From a virus: 64,000 bases of DNA. Under the pieces are notes generated by a model that saw only the letters and a program-made list of their open reading frames with translations, was not told the DNA's origin and made no database searches. A program made the translations under genes and the position numbers. Every line of letters starts with the position of its first letter. Positions within the stretch are counted from its first letter, which is position 1. Positions 1 through 9,800 of the stretch are shown one piece after another. The DNA is taken from the IMG/VR virus record IMGVR_UViG_3300025425_001694. One strand, given 5' to 3'.

Positions 1-1
1 T

Positions 2-220
2 CGTTGTAAAATTGTCTTTACGAAAGTAAATGGCGATGAACGTGTAATGAATTGCACACTTCACGAGTCTCTACTCCCAGAGCAGATTGACATAGAAGAA
101 CATATTCAAAAGAAAAAACCAAACCAAGACGTTCTTGCAGTTTGGGATATTGATGCCACTGGCTGGCGGTCGTTTCGTTGGGATTCAATTAAAGATTTTA
201 CAGTCGATTCTGTTCTATGA
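2..220 (+). CDS. 5'-truncated conserved T4-like protein (DUF2693 / WYL-like SH3 barrel)
   Basis: Frame 2 reads ..KIVFTKVNGDERVMNCTL...VLAVWDIDATGWRSFRWDSI; the FTKxxGxxRxMxCT and WRSF motifs are typical; its stop overlaps the next ATG (ATGA). Confidence 0.65.
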   Translation, partial: RCKIVFTKVNGDERVMNCTLHESLLPEQIDIEEHIQKKKPNQDVLAVWDIDATGWRSFRWDSIKDFTVDSVL

Positions 221-1161
221 GTTGTGTCTATAAAGGAAAGGTAATAGAAACAGATTTATCTAAAAACTCCAAAGGCGGCACTGAAATGATGCGCAATCGT
301 CTTGTTGAAAACGTAGATAAAACTTTACTTAAAAAATATGCTGTTCATTTGTCAAGACCTCGAGAATTGTATGGTGATGTAAAAAACATTTTTTATTGTC
401 ACGATCTTGCTTTAGATCCTGAGAACAAAATTCTTAAAGACAATGGCTGGGAAAAATTCGATCATTTTGTGTTCGTTTCATATTGGCAAAGAGATCAATA
501 TATTTTAATCTATGGAATTCCCTACTCTAAATGTACAGTTATTCAAAACGCTATTGAATTAGAATATTCGCCGATTGAAAAGCAAACAGGCCAAATTCGT
601 TTAATATATCACACGACTCCACATAGAGGCCTCGAACTTGTATATCCAATTGTTGACGCGTTATCAAAACAATATGACAATATTCATTTAGACGTGTATT
701 CTTCTTTTTCAATATACGGTTGGAAGCAAAGAGATAAACCTTTTAAAGAACTTTTCAATAAAATTAAAAATCATAGTCATATGACATATCATGGCTCTGT
801 TAATAACAATGTTATTCTTGATGCGTTGAAGAAAAGCCATATATTTTTATTTCCATCTATTTGGCAAGAAACGTCATGCATTGCTATGATAGAGGCCATC
901 CGCTCTGGGGTTCTAGTAATTCATCCTAGTTACGGTGCTCTTCAAGAAACTGCTGTCGATGCAACTGTGATGTACGAATATACTGAAATTGCAAATGATA
1001 ACGCGAATATGGCTTTTTCCGTAGTTAAAAATTTATTAGAAGCTCAAAAGATTGAACCAAATTTGTTTAATAATATGACTTCGTCTGAGCGATTTGCCCT
1101 TCCTAAAAATAGTATAAATAATTTTACTAACTCTTGGAATAACTTATTGAGGCATTTATAA
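217..1161 (+). CDS. GT-B fold glycosyltransferase (GT4-like)
   Basis: N-terminal GGTE motif, YHTTPHRGL, and C-terminal FPSIWQETSCIAMIEA (ExF/SxxxxxEA) signature. Confidence 0.8.
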   Translation: MSCVYKGKVIETDLSKNSKGGTEMMRNRLVENVDKTLLKKYAVHLSRPRELYGDVKNIFYCHDLALDPENKILKDNGWEKFDHFVFVSYWQRDQYILIYGIPYSKCTVIQNAIELEYSPIEKQTGQIRLIYHTTPHRGLELVYPIVDALSKQYDNIHLDVYSSFSIYGWKQRDKPFKELFNKIKNHSHMTYHGSVNNNVILDALKKSHIFLFPSIWQETSCIAMIEAIRSGVLVIHPSYGALQETAVDATVMYEYTEIANDNANMAFSVVKNLLEAQKIEPNLFNNMTSSERFALPKNSINNFTNSWNNLLRHL

Positions 1162-1162
1162 A

Positions 1163-1504
1163 ATGGGTGAACTTATTACCTTTCCGAAAATGAAATTAGA
1201 TACTCCACCGCAATCCGCTGATGAATTAGCAGAAAAGCTAGCTGACTACAGAACCAGCTTTTCAACAGATGTTGCTGAACAAATGTGGAATCTAGTTCTT
1301 ATCGAAATGGTAAGGTCCGGGTGTAAATTTGATGATAACATGGAAGAGTATTTTCCTTCAATTATACTTTTGTTGGAAGCAATCAAATCACTACACCTAC
1401 AAACTAACGAAATTCATCATACACTACAAGATTTTGCAAAAGATTTTGTTATTGAAGAAGATATCAATGAAGAATCTATTGACATTAATGATCTTTTAGA
1501 TTAA
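1163..1504 (+). CDS. hypothetical phage protein
   Basis: 113-aa ORF tightly packed between the glycosyltransferase and rnh. Confidence 0.65.
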   Translation: MGELITFPKMKLDTPPQSADELAEKLADYRTSFSTDVAEQMWNLVLIEMVRSGCKFDDNMEEYFPSIILLLEAIKSLHLQTNEIHHTLQDFAKDFVIEEDINEESIDINDLLD

Positions 1505-1507
1505 TAT
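1479..1507 (+). promoter_or_regulatory. sigma70-type early promoter for rnh
   Basis: CTA-TTGACA-N17-TAATAT, same family as the other early promoters in the window. Confidence 0.55.
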
Positions 1508-1545
1508 AGATCTGTAACACACAGATATGAAAGAAACAATATAAC

Positions 1546-2406
1546 ATGGCTATTTTAATTGACTTTAACCAAGTAATGCTAGCATCCTTATTCGCTAGCA
1601 TTGGAAACCACCACAACATTGATGTTGACGAAAACCTTTTACGTCACATGTTCCTCAACTCTATTCGATCAAATCGAAAAAAGTTCCACGAAGAATTTGG
1701 CGAAATTGTAATTTGCGCTGACGGCCAAAAATCATGGCGGCGTGAGTCATATCCATACTACAAAGCAGCACGTAAAAAAACTCGTGATGAATCTGAATTG
1801 GATTGGAACCATTTGTTTAGTATCATAAACAATATTCGCTCTGAACTAAAAGAGTACTTTCCTTATAAAGTAATTCACATCGACCATTGCGAAGCAGATG
1901 ACGTAATTGGAACAGTACTACATAAATATGGTACTGAACTAAATATTGGCGCTGAACAATTTCTTGTTCTGTCTGGCGACCACGATTTTAAACAATTGCA
2001 CAAATACGCAAATGTAAAACAATACGATCCTGTTCGTAAAAAATGGATCCAAAATTCTGATCCTGATAAATATTTACGAGAACACATATTAAAAGGAGAC
2101 GTCGGGGACGGAGTGCCAAACATTCTTTCTGCTGATAATTGTATAGTAGTTGGCGAACGCCAAAAGCCGATGACAGCAAAAAGAATTGCAAACTTTACTG
2201 AAAATCCTGATTCGATGGATTCTCAAACAAAGGCCCGTTTTGACCGCAATACTCTTATGATTGATCTTTGTCAAGTTCCTCAAAAATATCAAGATATAAT
2301 TCTTTCTGAATACGCTATTAAAAAAGAATTTGGAAGATCTAAACTATTTAACTATTTCGTACAAAAGAAATTGAAAAACTTAATCACGGACATACAGGAT
2401 TTTTAA
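1546..2406 (+). CDS. rnh: T4-type RNase H / 5'-3' flap exonuclease
   Basis: ILIDFNQ, SWRR..YPYYKAARKK, EADDVIG, SGDHDFKQL, KGDVGDGVPN motifs. Confidence 0.93.
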   Translation: MAILIDFNQVMLASLFASIGNHHNIDVDENLLRHMFLNSIRSNRKKFHEEFGEIVICADGQKSWRRESYPYYKAARKKTRDESELDWNHLFSIINNIRSELKEYFPYKVIHIDHCEADDVIGTVLHKYGTELNIGAEQFLVLSGDHDFKQLHKYANVKQYDPVRKKWIQNSDPDKYLREHILKGDVGDGVPNILSADNCIVVGERQKPMTAKRIANFTENPDSMDSQTKARFDRNTLMIDLCQVPQKYQDIILSEYAIKKEFGRSKLFNYFVQKKLKNLITDIQDF

Positions 2407-2846
2407 TGTTACTATCATTATCTGAAATTATTAATAAAGCATGTGAACTTAACTCAAAAGAGGAAAAGGTAGCATGGCTTCAACAAAACGATACCGCTCC
2501 CCTACGAACAATTCTTAAAAACACGTATGATAAAGGTGTTGAATTTCTAATTCCTAACGTTCCACCCCCTTGGAAAAAGAATGGGTATTTTGACGTTGAA
2601 GGAATGCTATTCAAAGAAGCTCGGCGTTTGCGTATTTTCATCAAAGGTGGTGGTTATGATAACCTAAACCAAGCAAAAAGAGAAAATCTTTTTATTAGTC
2701 TATTACAAGACATTGACGATAGAGACGCAGATCTCCTATGTAATATGATTGCACAAAAACCTATTAAAGGATTGCCAAAAGCAACAGTGATTGAAGCATT
2801 CCCAGACCTAATTTCAACAGAAGTAAAAGAGAAAGAAAATGGCTAA
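2406..2846 (+). CDS. conserved T4-like hypothetical protein downstream of rnh
   Basis: L..EARRL..FIKGG...L.Q.KRE.LFI.LL pattern; start overlaps the rnh stop. Confidence 0.7.
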   Translation: MLLSLSEIINKACELNSKEEKVAWLQQNDTAPLRTILKNTYDKGVEFLIPNVPPPWKKNGYFDVEGMLFKEARRLRIFIKGGGYDNLNQAKRENLFISLLQDIDDRDADLLCNMIAQKPIKGLPKATVIEAFPDLISTEVKEKENG

Positions 2847-2997
2847 GTCGTTTAAAAAATTTAGAGAAGATTACGATGAATGGGATGATGATAACGAAGA
2901 TCACGAACGCAAAAAGCAAAAAATGAACATCCAAAACCAACGTCGTAAAAAAGCGCAGGAAAGATCTTCTATTTTTGATGAAAACGAAAAACCATAA
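2839..2997 (+). CDS. small charged hypothetical protein (52 aa, not in ORF track)
   Basis: MAKSFKKFREDYDEWDDDNEDHERKKQK...; overlaps the end of the upstream ORF. Confidence 0.6.
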   Translation: MAKSFKKFREDYDEWDDDNEDHERKKQKMNIQNQRRKKAQERSSIFDENEKP

Positions 2998-3009
2998 TTC
3001 TTTTTCATA

Positions 3010-3045
3010 TTAACTATTGACATTTGAGTAGTACTAGTGTATATT
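3010..3045 (+). promoter_or_regulatory. early promoter cassette
   Basis: TTAACTA-TTGACA(3017)-N17-TATATT. Confidence 0.75.
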
Positions 3046-3079
3046 GATTCTATAGGGTAAAACAAAAGGAATCAGTCTT

Positions 3080-3466
3080 ATGGGTACTTCATCAATGATC
3101 GCAAACTATAACGAAGACGGCACAGTTACAGCAACGTATTGCCATTACGATGGTTATCTTGCATATAACGGCCGTCTTCTTTTTGATTCATATAACACTC
3201 CTGAAAAGGCAAAAGCTGTTGCGAATGCTGGTTATATCTCGAGTTTGAAAAAAGATCTACAAACATCCTTAGATGAGTCAGTTCACTCAAATCAAGATCC
3301 AATAACATATAGCTCTATCGAAGATTTTTTAGCCGAAGGTCGAGAATTTTCCATGGCGGATTATCTTTATCTTTTTGACGGCGGCGCGTGGTTTTATGCT
3401 GCAGCTAACGGTAATAAAAAATTGCTAATGGAAGAAGTTGAACTTAATTTGAAAGAAATGGCATAA
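3080..3466 (+). CDS. conserved phage hypothetical protein (YCHYDGY motif)
   Basis: MGTSSMI...YCHYDGY...YLYLFD pattern of a widespread phage early family; AAAGGA SD. Confidence 0.75.
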   Translation: MGTSSMIANYNEDGTVTATYCHYDGYLAYNGRLLFDSYNTPEKAKAVANAGYISSLKKDLQTSLDESVHSNQDPITYSSIEDFLAEGREFSMADYLYLFDGGAWFYAAANGNKKLLMEEVELNLKEMA

Positions 3467-3470
3467 ATTT

Positions 3471-3520
3471 GAAATTAAATCAAATTAACTATTGACATTC
3501 TCTTTAGAATCAGATAGATT
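3471..3520 (+). promoter_or_regulatory. early promoter cassette
   Basis: GAAATTAAATCAAATTAACTA-TTGACA(3492)-N17-TAGATT; the upstream part is identical to that at 15945. Confidence 0.75.
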
Positions 3521-3550
3521 GTATATATCAAATGGAAAAGGAATAACACA

Positions 3551-3910
3551 ATGACAAAGACAATCACAAAATTCGACAAACCAACACTTCGCAACCTTCG
3601 TACTGAAATGCAAGCATTGCTTGAGTCATATGGTGTTAAAACTAATTTGGATATCACGGTAGGAAACATGAGTTTCTCAGATGCTGAAGTCAATATTAAA
3701 ATCCAAGTAAAAGTAAAAGGTGCAGTTACTATGACTGACAGAATTCTTCAAATGGAAGTTGATCGTCTTGGTCTAGTAACAGTCAATAAAGCAGGAGATA
3801 AACTTGTAGAGTATAAAACGCGTGCTCAAAAATACTCATTCGTATATGAGTCTCGTGGAAAAATGTATAAGACCGACGAACGTGGTGTTCAAGCCCGGTT
3901 CGCGGCATAA
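3551..3910 (+). CDS. hypothetical early protein
   Basis: 119-aa ORF with AAAGGA SD directly behind a promoter cassette. Confidence 0.75.
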   Translation: MTKTITKFDKPTLRNLRTEMQALLESYGVKTNLDITVGNMSFSDAEVNIKIQVKVKGAVTMTDRILQMEVDRLGLVTVNKAGDKLVEYKTRAQKYSFVYESRGKMYKTDERGVQARFAA

Positions 3911-3928
3911 GTTAAGAAAGAATATAAT

Positions 3929-4507
3929 ATGAAATTGAATGAAAAACTAATCCTCGTAGATTGCGACGGTGTATTGCTTGATTGGCAATATTCCTTTTAT
4001 AAATGGATGGAAGCACGGGGTCATACTCCGCTTTCGTACGATGAATATGATATGGGTAAAGTATTTAATATGCCTTATTCTGAAGCAAAACAAATGTGTG
4101 AATATTTTAATACATCGGCAGCAATTGGATGGCTAACTCCATTCCGTGATGCTGTTAAATACGTACGCAAACTTCACGAAGATCACGGCTATGTTTTCCA
4201 CTGCATTACATCGCTGTCAACAGACAAATATGCTGGTAAACTTCGTAAGAAAAACCTTGAAGCTATTTTTGGTAAAAAAGTTTTTGAAGAGGTTATTTGT
4301 CTAGAATGCGGTGGAGACAAGGATGAAGCCTTGCTACCATATAAAGATACCGGCTGTGCATGGATCGAAGATAAAGAGTCTAACGCAGACCTCGGTTTAG
4401 AACTTGGTTTAAATTCGATGCTTATTGAACATGGTCATAATAAAAATTATGCTGGTGAAGCAATAAAAGTTGCAAATTGGAAAGAAATATACGATCTTAT
4501 TGTATAA
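3929..4507 (+). CDS. HAD-superfamily 5'-nucleotidase-like protein (T4 gp30.2-like)
   Basis: LVDCDGVLLDW (HAD motif I), ITS (motif II), WIEDK (motif IV). Confidence 0.8.
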   Translation: MKLNEKLILVDCDGVLLDWQYSFYKWMEARGHTPLSYDEYDMGKVFNMPYSEAKQMCEYFNTSAAIGWLTPFRDAVKYVRKLHEDHGYVFHCITSLSTDKYAGKLRKKNLEAIFGKKVFEEVICLECGGDKDEALLPYKDTGCAWIEDKESNADLGLELGLNSMLIEHGHNKNYAGEAIKVANWKEIYDLIV

Positions 4508-4510
4508 ATA
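4503..4510 (+). promoter_or_regulatory. T4-type late promoter
   Basis: exact TATAAATA overlapping the stop of the HAD gene. Confidence 0.55.
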
Positions 4511-4539
4511 AAGGTAATACAGATTAGTTATATTATGCT

Positions 4540-4570
4540 AAGGCGGTTCTGTATGGATCGCCTTTTTTTT
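4540..4570 (+). terminator. rho-independent terminator
   Basis: AAGGCGGTTC-TGTAT-GGATCGCCTT stem followed by a T-run. Confidence 0.7.
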
Positions 4571-4589
4571 ATTTATTAAAGGAGACTTA

Positions 4590-4823
4590 ATGCCTCATTA
4601 TAGTTTTGAAAACAAAGAAACAAATGAACAATTTGATAAGATTATGAGCATGTCCGAACGCGAGACATATCTAATAGAAAACCCCACCATAAAACAAATA
4701 TTCAAGAGATTTCCGGGAATCGTTGACTCGGTACGCATTGGTGTCCGTAGACCTGATGATAATTTTCGTGATGTATTACAAAAAGCAAAAGTTCATAAAG
4801 ATAACACAATAAACATACGATAG
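4590..4823 (+). CDS. FmdB-like small protein (T4-like type, lacks the Cys ligands)
   Basis: MPHYSFENKETNEQFD..MSMSE...Y...NP pattern; GGAG SD; precedes phoH. Confidence 0.6.
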   Translation: MPHYSFENKETNEQFDKIMSMSERETYLIENPTIKQIFKRFPGIVDSVRIGVRRPDDNFRDVLQKAKVHKDNTINIR

Positions 4824-4859
4824 GAAATGAAATATTTTCCTAATTCGTAAGGAGGTTTC

Positions 4860-5612
4860 ATGGCAACACAGCAGCGTAGATTATCTAAAAGAGAAAAGCG
4901 TAGACAGGAAAGAGAAATGGATCATATAGTTGGTATTTTAAACCAAAAGTTTTCAATGCGAAAGATCAGTCCATTAACTCCAACACAAAGCGATTTATTT
5001 CAATCTTATAAACAAGGATACAATCTCGCAGCCATCGGAACAGCAGGTACAGGAAAAACAATGTGTGCTACATACTTAGCACTCAAAGATGTACTAGAGA
5101 AAGGAGAGTATGAAAAGGTCGTCATAGTTAGATCTGCAGTTCAGACGCGCGAGCAGGGGTTTGTACCCGGCACACTAGAACAAAAGGAAGCAATATTTGA
5201 AGCTCCTTATGTTGACATAGTTAACGATTTATTTAAAAGAAAAGACGCTTATCAAATACTTAAAATGAAAGGAATGATTAAATTCACAACTTCTTCAAAT
5301 ATTAGAGGCCTTACATTTGATAACTCAATCATAATTGTTGATGAATGTCAATCCATGAATTATCACGAACTCGATACTATTATTACACGGGTTGGTGAAT
5401 CGTCAAAAATTGTATTCTGCGGTGATACAGCACAGGACGATTTAGCTACTTCTAAAAATAGAGCTGATAATTCAGGACTGCACGACTTTTTAAAAGTTCT
5501 TAATCAAATCACGTCTTTTAACGTTATAAATTTTGGAGTAGACGATATTGTTCGCTCCGGGCTTGTAAAAGAATATATAATTGCAAAAGAAAAAATATTA
5601 GAAGCTGCTTAA
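4860..5612 (+). CDS. phoH: PhoH-family ATPase
   Basis: GTAGTGKT Walker A, GFVPGTLEQK, RGLTF, IIVDECQ, GDTAQDDL, DIVRSGLVK. Confidence 0.93.
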   Translation: MATQQRRLSKREKRRQEREMDHIVGILNQKFSMRKISPLTPTQSDLFQSYKQGYNLAAIGTAGTGKTMCATYLALKDVLEKGEYEKVVIVRSAVQTREQGFVPGTLEQKEAIFEAPYVDIVNDLFKRKDAYQILKMKGMIKFTTSSNIRGLTFDNSIIIVDECQSMNYHELDTIITRVGESSKIVFCGDTAQDDLATSKNRADNSGLHDFLKVLNQITSFNVINFGVDDIVRSGLVKEYIIAKEKILEAA

Positions 5613-5618
5613 ATACTG

Positions 5619-5659
5619 ATTAGCGCCTCTTTATAAATAAAAGTAAAAGAGGCGCTAAT
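5619..5659 (+). promoter_or_regulatory. late promoter inside an RBS-sequestering hairpin
   Basis: 14-bp perfect stem ATTAGCGCCTCTTT/AAAGAGGCGCTAAT; TATAAATA at 5632-5639 lies in the loop; the SD GAGG (5649-5652) of the PAAR gene lies in the 3' arm. Confidence 0.8.
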
Positions 5660-5662
5660 ATT

Positions 5663-5965
5663 ATGAGTGGAAAAGCAATAGTAAGAGATAGAATAGATCG
5701 TCATTATGGCCACGCATCTCCAACACCAAACCCATTTCATCAAACACCATACAATTCAACAAAACAATCCAAGGTGTTTGTTGAAACACGCAAAGCAATC
5801 GTAAAAGGTGACAAGACCGCGTGTGGAGATCCAGCTGTAGGCGCATCTACAAAGGTTTTTGCGCAAGGGATTGGCGTGCACAGAAAATTAGATACTACAG
5901 AGGGTCATGGTACTTGGGTTGCAAACGCCGCCAGTTCAGGATCTGGCAAAGTTTTTGCAGGTTGA
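5663..5965 (+). CDS. PAAR-type baseplate spike tip protein (gp5.4-like)
   Basis: D.H.GH...., GDKTACGDPAVGASTKVFAQG.GVHR..D...HG, SGSGKVFAG. Confidence 0.85.
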   Translation: MSGKAIVRDRIDRHYGHASPTPNPFHQTPYNSTKQSKVFVETRKAIVKGDKTACGDPAVGASTKVFAQGIGVHRKLDTTEGHGTWVANAASSGSGKVFAG

Positions 5966-5971
5966 TGATTA

Positions 5972-6232
5972 ATGAGTACTAAACCAAATTACAGAGATTT
6001 ACTTGCCCAAATTGCGGCAGAAACAGACCCTGTTGAAAAACAGCGCCTGATTGAACTCTGTTTTCAATTTGTTTTTGACGATATAACTGATGAAGACAAA
6101 ATAGCCTTTTCGTATGTTAACGACGATTATGTAGTACCAAACCCAGGTTATCAACCATATGGACCGGGAACGGTAGGTCTTTTTGCAGCCTACGTCGGCC
6201 TGTATTACAGTGACGAAGGAGAAACTACATAA
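5972..6232 (+). CDS. hypothetical protein, probably virion-associated
   Basis: 86-aa ORF in the late island; YV..DYV.P.PGY motif; coupled to the next gene. Confidence 0.6.
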   Translation: MSTKPNYRDLLAQIAAETDPVEKQRLIELCFQFVFDDITDEDKIAFSYVNDDYVVPNPGYQPYGPGTVGLFAAYVGLYYSDEGETT

Positions 6233-6891
6233 TGGCTGTTGTAACGCTAAGACGCAATAAAGGTTTCGCTTTAACGTTTGACGAATTAGATGACAACTTT
6301 GCAGCTCTCTCCGGAGGGTTACTTTCTCTTGGTTTAACAATTTCTGACACTGCACCCGCAAATCCGACTGACGGCGAATTGTGGTTGGATACAGGGATAA
6401 CAAATAGAACGTTTACTTGGTACGCAAATATATCCGCGTGGGTTGATATTTCTCCTGGCAATAAAACAACAGTTTCAGGGACAGAACCTGCTACAAAGAA
6501 TACTGGCGACGCCTGGTTTGATACTTCAAGTGGCGGCATTGGTTCTTTAGTAATATGGAATGGAAACGCGTGGCTTGAGGTAATTGGGGCAGGTGGTGGA
6601 GGGGGAGGCGGCGCCAGCAGCGTCACTAGGACTGTTCAAACAGGCAGTATTCGCCATGATTCATCTATAACCTTTGCGGATGTACAAGTGGGTGACCAGC
6701 TAATAATCACCAGTATTGGTACTGGCACATTAGACCTTCGGTCAACAATTAACAGCACACCTTCAGGCTCTTCGTACACAGATGATACTATCATTGATGT
6801 GACTATAGCAGGCTCATATCTCTTCTTCATACCCGACTTCTTATCAACTCAAAGTAATCAGGTAATTATTTCACAGACAAGGAGTACATAA
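6232..6891 (+). CDS. putative tail-fibre/virion appendage protein
   Basis: N-terminal TLRRNKG.ALTF.ELD.NF fibre-attachment-like motif; two P.NP..G.LW.DT repeats; poly-Gly linker. Confidence 0.6.
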   Translation: MAVVTLRRNKGFALTFDELDDNFAALSGGLLSLGLTISDTAPANPTDGELWLDTGITNRTFTWYANISAWVDISPGNKTTVSGTEPATKNTGDAWFDTSSGGIGSLVIWNGNAWLEVIGAGGGGGGGASSVTRTVQTGSIRHDSSITFADVQVGDQLIITSIGTGTLDLRSTINSTPSGSSYTDDTIIDVTIAGSYLFFIPDFLSTQSNQVIISQTRST

Positions 6892-6893
6892 TA

Positions 6894-9800
6894 ATGGCAT
6901 TCCCAACAAATCCAGTTAACGGCGATACATATGTTGTTGGCTCTATTGTATTTACTTATAATGCCGCTACGAATGTATGGGTTAGATCCACTAGCGCAGT
7001 ATCTGCGCAAGGTACTCAAGGTACTCAAGGTTCTGGCGGTACTGACGGCGCTCAAGGATTTCAAGGTACTGATGGCCGTGGTTTTGACGGATTTCAAGGA
7101 ACACAAGGAGAAACCGGCGAAGGTATCCAGGGTTTACAGGGCCGGCGAGGTATCCAAGGTATCCAAGGATTTCAAGGTGTACAGGGCATTCAGGGAAACC
7201 AAGGAATGCAAGGAATGCAAGGCATTCAGGGACTTCAAGGAAATCAAGGTGTCCAAGGTATGCAGGGCATCCAAGGAGTACAAGGATTCCAAGGCATTCA
7301 AGGAGACCAAGGAGTACAAGGTACTGGGGGTCTAGGATCTCAAGGATTCCAAGGTACTACTGGTGAACAAGGTGTCCAAGGTAGAGCTGGATATGGTAAC
7401 CAAGGACTACAAGGTATCCAAGGATATACTGGCGACCAAGGTATTCAAGGAACCCAAGGTTCTCAAGGAAACCAAGGCTTTCAAGGTATACAAGGATATC
7501 TAGGTATACAAGGCGACCAGGGCGTTCAAGGTGTACAAGGTATTGCAGTTCAAGGTACTACTGGTGCTGGGTTTCAAGGTACTGTTGGGCAACAGGGCCT
7601 CCAAGGCGTACAAGGTATGCAAGGATTCCAAGGTATTCAAGGTACTCAAGGTGTACAAGGTCTTATGGGAGAGCAAGGCCTCCAAGGAGATCAGGGACTT
7701 CAAGGCGCGTTTGGCCCCGCTTTAAACATTATTGGTGCAGTAAGCGATGTTAACGCAAATCCGCCAAACGACCCAAATACATTATTAAACGCAGGATTTC
7801 CGTCAGCAGGAGTTGGTGAGACTGTTATAGATGAAGCTTCAAACGATTTGTGGGCATATACTGGCGGTAGCGTTTGGATAAATGTTGGACCAATAAGAGG
7901 CGTTCAAGGTTTTCAAGGGATACAAGGGGCGGCTATCCAAGGCATACAAGGTATGCAAGGTACACAAGCGGCGCAAGGTTCGCAAGGTGTCCAAGGAAAT
8001 CTCGGAACACAAGGTACGCAGGGTACACAAGGCATCCAAGGTATGCAGGGCATGCAGGGTATGCAAGGGTTCCAAGGAATTCAAGGAGAGCAAGGTGTAC
8101 AAGGTGCTATTGGTATTGGTACACAGGGTATTCAAGGTCGCCAAGGTATTCAAGGTTTTGACGGTATTCAAGGTATCCAAGGCGAGCAAGGTATTCAGGG
8201 CCTTCAAGGTGGGCAAGGTATGCAAGGCTTCCAAGGTATGCAAGGCATACAAGGAACGCAGGGTATACAAGGCGGTGGCGGCCAGCAAGGATTACAAGGA
8301 AGCCAAGGATTACAAGGCTTCCAAGGTATTCAAGGTAAAACTGGAGATCCATTTAGAATACTTGGATCTATTGAAGACGTTAATGTTAATTTCCCAGCAC
8401 GTACTCCTGAAGAAATAATAAGAGAAGCCTTTGGGCCTACGTTAGATGGTCAGCCGCCGACAGAAAGGCCAGCAATTGCTAGCCCAGATTTGTCTGACGG
8501 CATAATCGATGAAGAACTAAATGAATTTTGGCTGTGGAACGGTACTGAATGGATTAACACTGGTAATATTGTCGGGCCGCACGGTATTCAAGGTATTCAA
8601 GGTCGCCAAGGTATTCAAGGTATTCAAGGTCGCCAAGGTATTCAAGGTGTACAAGGTATTCAAGGTGTACAAGGTATCCAGGGTCCGGTTGGACAGGGTC
8701 TTCAAGGTAGTCAGGCTTCACAAGGTATCATAGGAAATCGTGGTTTCCAAGGATTTCAAGGTATTCAAGGTCGCCAAGGTTCTCAAGGTACTCAAGGCAT
8801 GCAGGGTATCCAAGGTGTACAAGGTGTACAAGGTAACACAGGTAACCCGTTTAGAATACTTGGAACTATAGCAGACGTAAATCAGGCTCCTACATTTGAC
8901 CCACAAGTAATATTGGAAACAGCCTTCCCAGATGCTGTACCAGGTGATGCGGTTATAGATGAATTGGAAAACGACCTGTGGACGTTTACTCCTGACGATG
9001 GTGGAGAATGGATAAACGTAGGAAATATCGTTGGTCCTCAGGGTATTCAAGGTATTCAAGGTATCCAAGGCATGCAAGGTATGCAAGGTATTCAAGGCGA
9101 ACAAGGCACGCAAGGCAGCCAAGGTGTTCAAGGCTCGTACGGTCGGCAAGGTATTCAAGGTACTGGTAATGCTGGTTTCCAAGGTATTACTGGTGACCAA
9201 GGTGTACAAGGTATTCAGGGTTTACGTGGCCCTGGGCAAGGTGTGCAAGGTATTCAGGGCGAACAAGGTATTCAAGGCATACAGGGAACGCTAGGTATTC
9301 AAGGTCGCCAAGGTATTCAAGGTCGTCAAGGATTACAAGGTATTCAGGGTCGCCAAGGTATTCAAGGTATGCAAGGCGAGCAAGGTATTCAGGGTGTGCA
9401 GGGTATGCAGGGTACTCAAGGTCGCCAGGGTATTCAGGGTCGCCAAGGTATTCAAGGTGTACAAGGTATCCAGGGTATTCAAGGACTACAGGGTATTCAG
9501 GGCATTCAGGGACTTCAAGGAAATCAAGGTGTCCAAGGTATGCAGGGCATCCAAGGAGTACAAGGATTCCAAGGCATTCAGGGTCGCCTAGGCGAGCAAG
9601 GTACTCAAGGTAAGACCGGGGCTGGTACTCAAGGTGCCCAAGGTCGCCAAGGTATACGAGGTGATACTGGCTTACAGGGTATTTATGGAGTTCAAGGTTC
9701 TCAAGGTACTCAGGGTTCTCAAGGGAATCAGGGATTTCAGGGATTTCAAGGATTTCAAGGATTTCAAGGATTTCAGGGTTTCCAAGGATTGGTTGGCCAT

